From Lingula anatina (Eukaryota > Animalia > Brachiopoda): a stretch of DNA of 64,000 nucleotides. Position numbers and translations under genes: made by a program. The notes beneath the pieces are model-generated. The model was given only the letters and a program-made list of their open reading frames with translations, did no database searches and was not told the DNA's origin. Each line of letters starts with the position of its first letter. Positions within the stretch are counted from its first letter, which is position 1. The stretch covers positions 248,001 through 312,000 of the forward strand of contig CM120640.1 in NCBI GenBank assembly GCA_051362555.1. The letters run 5' to 3'. Positions 47,601 through 61,735 of this stretch are shown here, in pieces.

Positions 47601-50600
47601 AGATACCAACTTGTGGCTTATTTTTCCTTTTCCAATAACATATAAATTACATAACATTTCGTCTGACGATAAAATGCCTATTCTCATCAAGAGCAACCTT
47701 TGGAAATACATTTACATGAGGGCTAATTTAGACTAGAACTTGATGTAAAAAACACATATTCAGACTAAATAACATAACAGTCCTGTTGTATTAGAATTAG
47801 CAATTTGGTTTTTTATTTCTTATGATACAATTCTAATACCAAACTGAGTAACCCTTTCTCTAGGTCAGCTTACAAAACTATAAGTAAACATTTCCAGAAT
47901 GTTTGCCAGCAATGATGACCAAGTAATACTACATCACAATGTGCTATCTGGACAGTTTAACCTTCTTGGGTCAGAGTAGAAAATTGAGATGTTTCAAAAA
48001 AGGCAGAAATCACCTAAAATACAGCATGTGATAATTTCTACAAGATTGCTTCAGTTTTTGATTCAAATCAAGCAGATTGCTGGCAAGCATTTTGACACTG
48101 AAATTGTGGAGTTTTAGTCTTTATTTCACCTGCATCAGTTACTCACTCAAGTCTGCAATATTTCCAAATCAAATTATAATAAATGAAAAGATAACACTTC
48201 ACACACAACAAAACTCCTGCCTCGGTTCTAAAATGGACACCGGACTGAGTGTTTTCGACTCCAAGAAGATTAAACAATCTGGAAAGTGAAATGAAAAACC
48301 TACTTCCTCCAATCTTCTCTTCTTGGGACTGGACTTGGTCTGGAAACAGAAAATCCCCAAACTTCACACAAAATGGACTCCCTTTAAATCTTTAAAGTTT
48401 GCCACGTCACTTTTGTTTCCTTAAGCGTGATAATACCGCCTTATACAGACTTAACATTTTAAGACTAACACTAAAAATCAGTCTTGAATCTGTCAATACA
48501 AAAGACATACCACTACACTTTTTAACATCTGTCCACTGACACACCTAAGACCAACTCTTGGTCCAAAACAGTCCCAGTCTGTGCAGTGCTATAGTTGACA
48601 CACATCACATTGATTTTCCATAACAGCTAATTCAATCTCCAGTTTTGCCACACAAAGATTTCTTTTCTTAACTCAAGCCTATAAAAACGTGCTTTCACAA
48701 AGTCATTCACAGATATGTTCCACACACTAGCGCCATCTACAGATCATACTCACAGCTAATTCATCATCTTCTTCAGCGTCACTTGGCCAGTCGCAGTCAG
48801 AGTCTGTAGGTTCTAGAGTGCCACTTACTATATCACGTCTCTAAAATATATACATATATAAACATTTCATCAATTACAAATCATGTCAGCAATGGTACCA
48901 CATGGTAACAACAAATTTTTCTTTTAAAAAAAAGTACCATCTATCCAACCTTGTCCCCAAATCCCTAGGGACAAATTTCCTTCCTAACTCCTCCACCCCT
49001 TCTGCTAAAGCACAAAACAGCTTTTAAACTTTACTTCCAAAAATGTTTTAACAATGCCAACCCAATGCCAAACATATTTATAAATTCAAATTCTTTTATA
49101 ACAAGATGACTTCACCAAAATTTCATTTTGATGGACTTAACACCTCCACTTCTTATACTAACTAGTGTTATAATTTCATTTTTATTCGATTTTCCATATT
49201 ATTTTCCTGCATGAAAATAAATAACCACCTATTCTCCATGACAGAGAATATGAAAATAAATAACTACCTACCCTCTCTGACAGAGGAGCATATTGTGCAG
49301 CATATTTGCACTCTAACTCATGGACCTCTTCATAAAATTTAGACTCTATCTGCAACATCTCAAACTGCAACTTCTTCAAGGACTTTAGCCGCCGCTTGAC
49401 AACTTTTGGTAAGCTGTAAAAAAAGTGTAATTTCAGTACAGGTGTAAAGGAATAAATAAAGACTTCAGTGTGAAATCGCCATTCACATGACCAAGGCCCT
49501 CGGCAGTGAACTAAGACGTCGTGTTTGACTAAGAATACTTAGTCTATAAGTAATGAATAATTCTATTCACTCTAACATAACATATACAAAGTAAAATTTT
49601 GCTAATTAATTTAATCAGTTGAACAGCATAAAATTTGGATTTTGAAAAATAATTCAACATTACACAGTGCAACTTTTTAGGAAGCAATTAGTAGAGAACT
49701 TACCTTTGAATATACCCCGAGGGCGAGCCAATCATTTGACCTAGACGACCTTGAATTGCAGCCAGAAATTCGGGATTCTGCAGAAACTGGGCGGCCATGT
49801 CCCCTGTGAACTGTGGAGCTCCCACTAGGAGAGGAAGGAAACCTTTCTTTAAAGGGATAACAACTGTTCATTTTGGCAAAAAAATGGATTGTCCTGGGGT
49901 AAAGGACAATTTTCCCACACTTACCAATGGTTAATGAATCCATTCCCACATTCAAAGTTAATGCCTGTTTATTTTTTCTCTAAAGAGATTATTACAGAGT
50001 GTAGTAATCTATGGAGGTCACGTGATGTGATGGCAAGCACAGATTCCAGAATAATTGTATTAACTGCCGTTTTGGTGGTAAAATAGAATTTATTATATTT
50101 CTATGTGTTATTTACAATGTATTTATTGTGAAAAATGGATATCTTAAGAACAGTTGTTATCCCTTTAACAATGCTCAAATATTTTCGGTTTTCAAGAAGT
50201 TAACTCATAAAAAGATCTGTTGAAAATCATTTTAAATGGTAAGGAAGACATGGACCTCCACATCCCCCCCCCCACCCCACCCCTCCAAGAAATAAATCCA
50301 AACATGTACTTTCCACTATCAATGAAAAAAATCCAAGCAAAATATACCTATACATTTTTACAAAAGGCAAAATTCTACAAGACAAACAAGCAACAGCACT
50401 ATCATAAAATATTCACAGTATTCATTCAATACTCCCTAGTTTACTTCCTGTCATTTAATCTGGAAATAGTTCCATCAATGGACATTTTAATAATTCTTAT
50501 AATATACTAGGTGAAGTGGGGGGAGGGGCACTTCGACTGAAATGGAGATACCCCTTTTTTTTTTTTTTTTTTTTTGGGGGGGGGGGGGGGGGTCTAAAAA

Positions 50601-51419
50601 TGAATACAACAATGATTTCTAGCCATTTGCAGTCATTTTCTGAGCATTTAGATCACTTCAATGGTTAACACAAGAAGCATGGACCATCAACCAGACTGTA
50701 ATGTCCCTGGTGCAGTGTGTTACTGCAGAGCATACTGAACTCCAGTGGTGTACAGAAAACTCTGCTGAACACTTTTCTCATTGTTTAGAATACAAAGTTT
50801 GGTATCTCTACTTACTCTCATCATCTGGTCCTGCATCCTCTTCATCAGCAGCAATTTCTTCCACACCTTCATCAACAGGTGGCCTGCAGAATAAAGTCCA
50901 AAACTAAGTCTGGTCTAACTACAAATGTGGATTCTAAGTCAACTAAGTCTGGTCTAACTACACTAAGTCAACTTATAAATCTTAAAAGAATAAAGACAAA
51001 GCATGCATTTAGTGTGCAGCAGACTGTGACATATATATAGCTGCATATTTTACAGACATTACTAGATAGGTCTCATTTTATCTAAGTCCACTCTTCCAGT
51101 GCAAAAAGGCATCAAGCAAAAAGAACTGGATCTTACCTATTTAACAAATTATAGTTTTTTACCATTTTCACTTTACATTTTACAGGCCTATAGATTAAGG
51201 GGTGGGGGTGGGGGTGGGTATGTGTGGGTGAGACTTCACCATCCCCCTTTTTGGATAGGAATAGATCCACTCTGGGAATATTTGATCTATGTAAACTAAG
51301 GTTTCATGACAAATGTCCTCATTTTCAGAAAAAGTACCTCCTTTTGCAATTGCTAGCTATGGGTCTGTTTTATCATATCAGATAACTTCCAGCTGTACTT
51401 ACTTTTCTGGGTCTGACAT
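41620..51419 (-). CDS. NAP1L1: Nucleosome assembly protein 1-like histone chaperone (NAP1L1/NAP1L4 family), 405 aa
   Basis: Coding exons 51419-51403 (MSDPEK), 50883-50816, 49824-49704, 49413-49272, 48840-48754, 46542-46461, 46204-46131, 45756-45682, 45411-45272, 45035-44861, 44415-44299, 44118-44095, 43632-43576, 41658-41620. All are GT-AG and phase-consistent, 1218 nt in total. Motifs: LPKVVKRRLKSLKKLQ, GIPGFWLTIFKN, FTLEFHFEPNEFF, IDWKKGKNVT, NDSFFNFF, DFEIGHFIRERVVPRAVLYFTGE, and C-terminal ECKQQ. Confidence 0.96.
43645..43780. repeat. Degenerate minisatellite of about 33 bp
   Basis: acagccaatagaaaactaggtaagaac-like unit repeated 4-5 times next to a NAP1 acceptor site. Confidence 0.75.
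44632..44847. mobile_element. MITE with CAGGGGCGGATC-like terminus and 5-bp TSD
   Basis: caagggcagatccagg...ctaaatccaccacta; aaagt at 44627-44631 and 44848-44852. Confidence 0.6.
46741..47296. mobile_element. MITE family A, copy 2 (556 bp, opposite orientation)
   Basis: cgcattctcaacgaattgagccaggc...gcctggctcaattcgttgagaatgcg; flanking duplication cacag (46736-46740 and 47297-47301). Confidence 0.92.
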
Positions 51420-53058
51420 TTCTTCTTATGTAATGACGACTGAGAACTGAAATAAAGCAAACAAAATATGACACTTCATGCTCCTGCAGCTAGATCACAA
51501 ATCAATAGGGCTGAGGTTTTTTTCCCTCAAGTCCTGTTAGAAGTGGAAACAGAGCATTGCAGAAAATTGAACGGTTTGTTGTAAACTAGCTAATCGAGAA
51601 ATCATGAATGATTTAATTACATAATATGATAATCCCTAATAATATTACTGCCTGATACAACAGTTATATTTCATTAGAAATGCATTAGCAACATTACATT
51701 ATGTTACAGAAGCAAGACAAAGTAAGCCATCATTTATAACAATAACAAAGTCATTTAAAAACAACTGACGTCTCTTCATCAGAACTACCATAAAATAAAA
51801 GTTACTAGTGATCTTTAATTCACCTGTCTAGCCTAATATCACTCAGCTTTACTTTCGGTGCTTAAAAATTATGAAGTGCACTTACTTAAAAAGTTTGATC
51901 ACATTATAAAATATACAATCTACCAAAGAGACAATTAGATATTTGAATTGAATATTCCGCTTCGTCTCTTTACAGCAAGTCCAGATTATATCATCAAGAA
52001 ATCTATTCCACCATGCACCACTGCACAAACATATACAATACAAGTGACCAAGTTTCTAGCCCAGTTCAAAAACAGGATTTAAAAAGTTTAAGTGAAAACT
52101 TAGGGATTAGTTATAGTAGTTATCTTTCCTTTGGATTAATGGTGCATCAAGAATGTACTATTTCCAAGCTTGAAAGTTAAGAGTCCAGTTGGAATTATTT
52201 CATGCCATGTTATTTTCTTTTCTGTATCTTATCTCTTTATATACCCCCACCCCCAGTACTTCTCCACACTGGTACTTCTCCCCATTAAGACCCCCTACAC
52301 CCTTCAGCTCCTTAAGTAGATTTGAATCATGATTTGAAAAATGTGACCTTCTGGTTCTTGGGTTTTCAGTAACGGTTTTCAAATTATGAAATGAATTTAT
52401 ATATCACATTTTCACCAGTGGTGACTAACAGTACAGAACATGAAAGAATTATACCTAATCCATAACAGAACGACTCCTAAAATGTTAATCATGACAGCGC
52501 TATATATATATATATATATGTAAGTCTGTTATTGGATTCCCACTTTCTGTAATATTATAATCATGCAAAATTTCTATAACTAAATATATATATTGTCCAA
52601 TAAATTCTTCATGCAAGGCTGTAAACGTGGATCTAGACATTAGTTGATCTCAGGCACTGAGACTTCAATACCTAAATGAAGACACTGAGAACCCAAAATG
52701 GCAAATACAAGTCTCAAATTTCCAATCAGTTTCAACAATGAACACTCTATTTCAACACCATTTCACTATACATCATGACATTGCGGTGAGCTTTGTAAAA
52801 AAAGAAATCGACTATAAAACAAGCATGTTCAGCACAGATGGTTCTCTCTCACTTTTCTATCAGCACATGTTCGCCGTCTAGACGCATGCTCATGCACATG
52901 CAGCCGATCATGCTCAAAATTATTGGAAAAAGAAGTTCATTTCTGCAGTGCAGTTTAAACTATTTCGACTATTGACTCAGACAGTTTTAACATGATATAC
53001 ATTATCTATCAGCTTGCAGTTACATTTAAGTGAAACAACAAATGATCGCAACATTTAC

Positions 53059-53230
53059 CGAACTTTCTTCTCCAAACCAGGTGCGCCTTTTATCAGCACG
53101 AGGAAATATGGCGGCGCTGAACACCAAGTGCTATTGAAAGAGCGATTCTGATTGGCTACTTGCGTCATCGACAGCCAATCAAACACTTCAAAGCTCCAGT
53201 GATTTAGGTTTTTTGGCGGGAGCTGAGCAT
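53059..53230 (-). promoter_or_regulatory. NAP1 promoter and non-coding first exon
   Basis: Minus-strand donor CG|GTAAAT at 53059/53058; YY1-type GCCGCCAT at about 53107-53114 on the minus strand; two CCAAT boxes (gattggct at about 53150, agccaatc at about 53173) flanking a CRE-like TGCGTCA at 53161; CpG-rich. Confidence 0.65.
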
Positions 53231-56092
53231 GACTACACATGTCAACATCCATCTCTTTAATCCGGCTTTAGGTCGAATTTATCAATGACTGCTTTGCATC
53301 CAAAGGAGCCTTAACTTGAATTGAACTTTTTGTAATGTTTAATATATTTATAATTTCATAAGAATAAAGACATAAACCGGAGAAATCGGGCCTAAATACG
53401 GTATCAAGAATTATTTTGACGGTATGTGGGCCTTCACAACACAGTAGGCCTATCAATGCACTGATCTAAACTAGGGACCACACCTAAGTTATAAAACGGC
53501 AATCTGCACTTAGCTTTACACATATTATAAAAATCAGTATATTTTGTAAATTCCTTTATCACGAACTTAACCTTTGAAATCTGAATAGTTCTACAAAAAA
53601 CCCACTGAAAGACCTTATTTTAGACCTTTGCAAGTGTTTATTAAATCTAGAATTGAACGCGTGTTTTTTTGTTTTTATTCTTATTAATGTGTATATTAAT
53701 TATGTTAATTTTTATATTGTATTTTTCTAGATAAACATTTTTCTCTGAACCATAAGCACCCCAATTTTCCTTTATAATTAAAAATGCCGTGTCATTGCAC
53801 ATGTCTCCACTGTCGCAATCACGTGCCTCAGAAACCACTTCTAACACAAATGTCTCCGGCTTCTGGATGACACTACATTGGCTAAAAGGTGCACCAAACA
53901 AAAAGCTTGAGTCGTCCAATAAACCGCTGTGATTCAGTTTGTACATTGACCCAAGTCACTATACTTATAGCCAAGTTCAAGGCGTTCGGATATTTCCCGA
54001 CAAAACGAATTTCCCCCCAGAAATATTCAATTTTCTCCTACTCGAGGATCATTGTTCGACCTGTCCCTCACTTGGACTCAAAGTTTTAAAACCAATTTTA
54101 AAAGCAGTACAATCAGATAACTTAGTTCTAGATCAGTCTTTCACTAGTCAGTCTTCATTGACCCCCTTACCTTCCTGTGCATTGTTGAAGGAAATATCGC
54201 CATCGGGTACTTAAATTGGAGTTTAATCGTAGTTCATCATTTATTTATTCATTTATTTATTTATCTATTTATTTAGTTATCTATTTATATTTTTGTTAGT
54301 GCAATGGATTCACAGTGTTGTTTTTTTTTTAAGCATACGGTTTATGTTTGATAAACTGTAGATTTTTTGTTATTTTCATTAATTTGTTTTAACAAAAATT
54401 GTGTTAACAAAATTTATCTTTTTCTCAATTAATGTAACACATATGACTTAAGATCAATTATATAAAAAGGGGTCTCTAAATAACTCTTTAACCCGTTATC
54501 GCGTGATAGTATGCCATCTCCCTTTACCTAGCCAGGAGCACAGTTTTCCGATGGGAACTGAAACTTAGGGTTAACATTCTCATCGCTCAATCTGTAAACA
54601 TTATATGCACCCAGTAAGATGAGAATAATCTCAAGGGGACACACTTTAAAGCAGTATTTTTCTATTTTAAAAATTGTCACCTTTTTTTAACCCGTCCACC
54701 TTGACTTTCAGTCCAGCTGGAAGATTTTTTAACTTTTGAAATTATCTTTACGTGATAAACAACTTCATTCCCTACGACCAGAATCAACAAGCAGATCTAT
54801 GGAATATGTACAAACTCCAATGGGCGACGTCGCCTGATTTCACTCCAAAACTCTATGTTTTATCCATCATGCGTTACCATGTACAAAAACATCTAAAGTA
54901 TTCTGTGAAAGTGCAGTTTCATGAGAACAACGCAGATGACAATGCGAGATTTCCGGTTGATAAAATGTCTGACACCATAAGTACGATGCACAAGAGAGAC
55001 GTGAAACCCCGTCGTGGGAGCCTGCGTCAGCTGGCTCATTTGACTAACATAATTCGGCGTTTTAAGTAATGCCCATTTGTATGACGTAAATTGACTTGCG
55101 AACTATCAACTCTCCAGTTACCTTACTACGCTGAGGTTGTCAACCCCTTAATATTGTAATGAAATACGAGTCACCATAATTTTGCCAACTTCATCTTTTA
55201 TCTCCATCGGATTTTCATTTCACAATTACTCGTATTGTATGACCTCATGCCATTGAACACTTTACATAAATGGACACATTGCATGTCTCTCTGACAGCGA
55301 GCCTTTGTTTTTACTCAACTTCATAATGTTTTATAATTCGCTTGATGTGACAAGGCACATATATCTCTAATATATTTGTTCGTATATCCACTTTATTGTT
55401 GTGGCACAAATATCATAATGAACTTTTATTGTAACAGATTACTTTTTACAGCTCCATTCTAATATTACAACACAAATTTAACCAGCTTATGTGAAAATAA
55501 AGCATAACAATAAAACAAATGTAACAATTATTAAACCAGTTTACGTGCAGGACTAATATAAACGTGACATTGTTAGAGGCTCCTTTTATGAGTATATTTT
55601 ACATCGCTAAATAAATTATGGGATATCTTTCACCTTTGGATCGAGTGTATACAACATGTGGTTTACAGCATAAATTTTTGATTTTGTTTTTTAATTTTGA
55701 GTCACTTTAATGTATCCAAGATTTCTCCCAATCGAATCAAAGCCTCATTAGGCTACTGAAACAACACAGCAAAACTTGTTTAAACTGTAAATGTTCTCAT
55801 GTAAAAATGCGCATGCAGTCACTCGAAGACTGATGTTGCACCTTCTTAAACAAACGTGCTCCAATAAGGTGAAATTACACCTTGCAGAAGCTGTGCAGAA
55901 ATACGTAAAAACCGACAGTTCTTGCTAAACGCTAGCGATAAACGATGGGATGCTTCGAAATGGTTCGTAGCTCGAAACACTGGCAATTAATCACCAAACG
56001 TTGTAATGCAATAATATTCGCATAATTGTTATATTGGCAATTTTTCTCCAATCACAACAACTATTGTAGACTAGAGAGGATATGAAGTATTC

Positions 56093-58809
56093 TTAATCTT
56101 TCACCGGTCTCCATCCTCTAATAAACTTCACGATCTTTTTCCTTTCAAGGGCATTGAGATGTGGAAACCCTTCATTCAGGTCATCCTCGTCCAAGTCAAT
56201 CAGCATCTTACCGTCAATGGACTGGTCCAGAAAGTCCTGGATGACCGGGGGCTTCATGCCGATGTAGCGCAGAGACCTGCAGACATCTTGCACTGAGAGG
56301 GGCGCCAGGTTACGAGGGGGGACAAAATCGTCATCGTTGGGTAGACCCCCAGGACACGACCTATTTAGGACATCGTCATCAAAATTGGTAGCGTATGTCA
56401 GGGGTACATCCGGGTAACCTCCGACGGAGATTCCCGAATCTGAACGAAACGAAAGGTGTCGCGAAGAAGGCAAACTACTCTTCCTTTGCCGCCGCTGACC
56501 AGGCGACATCTCCGGGGCCATCTTACTGAAAACATCCCAACTCTGACTACGGTTATATCCTTTTGGTTTCCTCAGCCGACCAGGCTTGTCTCGATCACTT
56601 CCACTCAAAATGTCATCATAGACAGGTTCTTGTGAATCATCCGATTCTATATGATGTGCCATTTGCTGGGGTTTAACGCCTTTAGCAAAAAGCATATGGA
56701 GCTGGTCACGGCTACGGTGCAAATCTTCCCGAATTTCGTTCCAAGGCGCCTCTGCTAGAGCTATACGTTTAAAATTATGCTTGCGCACCGTAGCATTGGG
56801 GTTCAACTGAAACTGCCTGTCCGCTAACATCTCACGTGACCTGTTCTGTTTTTTCACCCTCATAGTTCCTCCCATGACTCGGTCGTTTTGGAAACGTGGA
56901 TCAAACCACGGCATGTCGGCAGCGTAGTTCTCCCAGCGGTATTCGTGGTCGTACGGACACTGTCGCCCTCCCCTTTGGTACGGGTTGGGGGTGCGGCTCA
57001 TCTGACCATACCGTAGATCGTAGTCATAGGAATGGTGTTGGCAACGAGAGCAACTGTGGTGACCAACTTGGTCGGCAAACCGAGGAGACCGTCCCTCGGC
57101 GGCGCTGCTGCTGCCATCAGACAGCTCATCCAAGTTGAACATCTCGTCTATCTCGCGCAATACTTGGTCCTCACGGGTTCGACCAAGTCTGCTGGAGTTT
57201 CTCTGTGTTTTGTGACTCTTTCTCTGGGATCGTTTGCTATGGGGCATCAGGTAACCCTCATCATCTTCAATTTTAACGGATCCTGGAATTTCATCGTAAT
57301 CTGGATCATAGTCCGATTCGTGGTTGCTTCCAGTCTTTGAACCACGTGACCTATATGAACCAGATCCTGACCCCCCTGAGCCACCGGATGAATCTTCGGA
57401 TCCTTGCGGATGTTTGTTTTGTTTGGCCTCTTCGATAGGGTTTGGTAAAGGCCGTTTTTGTATATCTGCAATCTTTAAATCGCTATTGCTTGTAAAAACT
57501 GGGGCCGAGTTGTGACGACCAATTGCGCCTAATTTCGGTCTATCGTCAAAATGGCGCTTGGGAAGTTCGGGTACCGTGTCCGTTTTCCCAACAGAGGATG
57601 GATTTTGATTATGTGACATATCAAATATAATTGTATTATCATCTGACTCATCCAAACTACTTTCTTCTTTCATGGTGTCTTCACTGTCTATGTCATTGCC
57701 TCCATTTAAAGAAGCTGGTTGGGTGGCGTTGGGTTTGGTTGCAATGGGTTGGGCGTCTGCTGATTCTTCATCATGGTCTTGTATAAACACGGGTACAGCC
57801 CGTACTAATCCATGCTCCTCTGCTTGACTTTCACCACTGTTCTCCTCGAGGCCGTCTGAGGAGCTTCCGCACGAGGCCGGGCCGGTGTCACGACTCTCAG
57901 GTGTAGGCGTGCTGCAAGCTGAACTGCGCTCGGAGCCATTGCTTTGTTCATTCGTTTCGTGTTCGAATTGCCCTCTCTCTACGTCTGCCTCTACAGACAA
58001 CGTTGGTTCTCGTCGCGTTTTATTTGTCGACGGATTTTTGGGTGTGTAAGCAGTTTGTGTAACATTGATGGATGAAGCAAAAGTGTCAATTTTCTCATCA
58101 CACTGACGAAGTATTTCTCTATATATGGGAAATTCCTTGTATGCCTGGTAGTTTGTGGCTCCTACGAATTTTACTCTGGAATCGACAGAAACTTCCAACA
58201 TGACATTATGCTCGTTGTTCATAGTACAAGCGATAATAGTTTCGTCATTATAAATCTCCTCCAGCCGTAGATATCGACTGAAGGAACACGGGGTGATCGG
58301 CGGTTCTCCGTAAACTAAATGAAGAGTAAGGGGTAACTCCATATGTCGTACAATGGAGGAGAGTTGGTAAACACAGTCCGTAGATTTGATGTGAGGTTCT
58401 CCAATGGGACTGAAAAGCCCACTTTGACCAAACGCAATTGTATACTCCTTCCCGCTAGCATCCATGCACTGAAGATATTTATCCACTTTATCAGGCTCTA
58501 GGGAGGATGATTTTGAATTATTTTTCTTAATTCGTCTGACAAATCTTGCCAACTTTAAGCAACATTTCCCTTTATTTCGTTTCTCCTTGGACTGGTTCCT
58601 CTCGATGGTGTGGATGTTGTATACTGTCATCACCTCCCCGGCTGGAATCATGCCGCGCACCCACACTCGGTGATTTAAGTCCTGGTGAAGAGTAAAAGCG
58701 GGCGTGGCACTCCGAACCAGGAAACGCTTGGGGCTGACGGCAGCTATCTGTTCCACCGTGTCGTAGATTTCTACGGGCGTTCCTTCCTCTGGCACTATTT
58801 CGAACCAAC
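56093..58809 (-). CDS. GAREM: GAREM-like adaptor (CABIT domain plus C-terminal SAM domain); large terminal exon, upstream exon(s) not identified
   Basis: Open for about 905 codons from the acceptor TTTCAG|GT TGG at 58809. It has a CABIT-like segment (YLQCMD...GLFSP, ELPLTLHLVYGEPP, LRLEEIYNDETIIAC), a disordered Ser/acidic middle with PELPKR, RPLPNP, YDEIP and YLMP motifs, and a SAM tail LSVQDVCRSLRYIGM...IDGKMLIDL...KKIVKFIRGWRP that parallels the GAREM1/FAM59A C-terminus. Confidence 0.85.
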
Positions 58810-60127
58810 CTGAAATGACCAAAGAGGTGTGTTCATTATCTTTAATTATTATTTTGGGTACAATTAAACAAAGGTACAGCATTAAAAATACTTTTTGGTT
58901 TTTTAATATCAATATCAAAATTATAATATTTTGCTTTCTTTGTTAAATGTATAATGATTTGCCTACGCCAGCTGCAGTGCAATGTTCGCCCCTTTCTTTT
59001 AAAAGACGTACTGTTAAAGAGCGATTTATGAATAGGTATCATGCACTAACTTTTTATTTGCTTAGTGCATATCATAGGTAAGTTTACCCGATGAAATGAT
59101 ACGTGAAAAATAATAAGGTAAGGTGAAAACATCGTCAAGTACCATAGTCGGAATAGAAACCTAATGCTATTCATATGTATAGGGTCTATGTGGTTTAACC
59201 TTTGTCGTTTACTTTATATTATTTACCTTCGATCCTATCCTCTTTGCCACGTCAAAGATCGGGATCAAAGGTACTGAAACCTTGAAACCAGACACTATGA
59301 CTCATACCAATTATTTACAACTCAAACTTTGTAAAGAATACTTTTTAAAGCCTGTGTTGTACGAGGTTTGTGTATACTACAGTTATACTGTAGGTTTGGA
59401 GGTAAAAGAACACGAAGCCCGTAATTCCATGCAATAAATATTACCTGTCAAAAATTTACAATTTCTTTACATTGCCCAACCGCATTTGTCTTCGTACGCG
59501 CCATGCCCATGTGCTTATAGGTAATCTGTCTGATATATTCTGGGAAGATCGAATTTTCCTCGAAAAAAGAAAGCGAATTTCACCTATTCACAAATTATTG
59601 CTCGAGCCGTTCCTGCACTAGGATTCGATGTTTTATACTATTTCTAATCAATTAAATAAGTTCTAGATGAGGTACCAGTATTCCGGACGGACATGACTTT
59701 CTATACATTTCATAGGGAAATATTGACGCGCCGTTCTTTGTTTGAGGGGTTATATAGTTTGAAAGTCTGAATTAGGAAAGGTGAGTAGTATTACGGGATA
59801 AGTAAACAGAAAATATGGCTCTGTGGCATTTTCAAACGCGGATAGTGTACCTATAATGTCATTTTCAGGGCGAGATTTCAATTGGTAATGGGATTATATT
59901 ATACAACCTATCTATCTGATCGATATGGGCTTTAATTTAATAGCTAGAAGTATATCGTGTAAGTAACTTGCCCTTTGCAAAGCTGCAGTAGCATTTAGAC
60001 AAGCAGAGGACATTTTGCAATTTCATATGATATTCTGTAACAATGCTTGCTATCATCTATAACTTCCAATTTCCGACGGATTTAGCTTATTACACAATTC
60101 AAACATTTTTACCATTGCCGGACAAAG

Positions 60128-60251
60128 TTTCAGTGTTCTCCATTTTGAACACGGTTGAACCATGCCAGATAGTATCCGTGGTATTCAGGACCAACTTTCA
60201 GTGTTCTCCATTTTGAACACAGTCTGAACCATGCCAGATAGTATCCGTGGT
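60128..60251. repeat. Tandem duplication with period of about 68 bp
   Basis: tttcagtgttctccattttgaacac...tgaaccatgccagatagtatccgtggt occurs twice. Confidence 0.85.
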
Positions 60252-60814
60252 TGGGGAGGGTGTCATCCAAACACAAATATGTCACGAGGGTTGGTTAAAT
60301 AAGTGTTGAAGTGCTCGGTTTATTAAATGAATTATTTTGAAGATCATCCTGAACGTTATGTGTGGTTGGCGATTACTTGTTGTGGACTAAACGGATTAAA
60401 TAAAGCATTAACTCGTGCAGTACAGATTACATTTTAAACTTTAGCGAAGCATTTTTGAAAAGCATTGACGATTTGAAAGTTTATGCAGTGGACTGTCTTA
60501 GTCGTCTATCTTAGTCATCATTTCATTACTTACACAGACGACTCTATACCTATACATGCAGTATTTGCTTCAGTACGTAAAAACTGTAAGGTATAGGCCA
60601 CAGCTTGGCAGTTAGTCAATATCTCACTTATAAGAACCACAATGCCTATCTTACAGACACGAGTAGATCTTATCCAGAATGTGACACGGCGCGTTCTTGA
60701 CCAAGAGAACTGTGACAAATGACAGCGAGGGGTTTAGTGTTGTCTCTTTTTTCAAAAGATGCAATGTATGATAAAACAACAAGATTTCAAGCACGTTACA
60801 TATTGCTGATGTGT

Positions 60815-61735
60815 GCCAGATATGTACCAGATATATACCATATACACCAGATATGTACCAGATATATACCATATACACACCAGATATGTACCAGATATAT
60901 ACCAGATATATATACCAAATGTATACCATATACACCAGATATGTACCAGATATGTACCAGATATATACCAGATATACACCAAATGTATACCATATACACC
61001 AGATATACACCAGATATACACCAGATATGTACCAGATATATACCAGATATATACCAGATATGTACCAGATATATACCAGATATACACCAGATATATACCA
61101 GATATGTGCCAGATATATACCAGATATATACCAGATATATACCAGATATATACCAGATACACCAGATATATACCAGATATGTACCAGATATATACCAGAT
61201 ATGTACCAAATGTATACCATATACACCAGATAAAAACCAGATATGTACGAGATATATACCAGATATATACTAGATATATACCAGATATATAACAAATGTA
61301 TACCATATACACCAGATATATACCAGATATGTACCAAATGTATACCATATACACCAGATAAAAACCAGATATGTACGAGATATATACCAGATATATACTA
61401 GATATATACCAGATATACACCAAATGTATACCATATACACCAGATATATACCAGATATACCAGATATATACCAGATATGTACCAAATGTATACCATATAT
61501 ACCAGATATATACCAGATATGTTCCAGATATATACCAGATATATACCATATACACCAGATATGTACCAAATGTATACCATATATACCAGATATATACCAG
61601 ATATGTTCCAGATATATACCAGATATGTACCAAATGTATACCATATAGGGCCTACACCAGATATATATACCAGATATGTACTAGATATATACCAGATATA
61701 TACCAGATATGTACCAGATATATACCAGATATGTA
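60815..61735. repeat. Minisatellite array of about 920 bp built from ~12-bp units
   Basis: Variants of ccagatatatac / ccagatatgtac / ccaaatgtatac; it produces the many low-complexity ORFs in the track. Confidence 0.97.

Noticed and set aside
41660-51400. Intronic snoRNAs in NAP1 (candidates near 43170-43235, 46590-46695, 48525-48610, 49460-49530, 50700-50785)
   Set aside because: Only partial C/D or ACA boxes and hairpins; no complete box set with terminal stem and recognisable rRNA guide. A snoscan, snoGPS or Infernal search would be needed.
54488-54574. TTAA-CCC...GGG-TTAA resembling a tiny piggyBac element
   Set aside because: Only 3 bp of inverted match and no second copy in the window.
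58810-58918. N-terminal extension of the 941-aa ORF
   Set aside because: AT-rich intron sequence upstream of a clear TTTCAG acceptor at 58810; the ORF start is not the real start.
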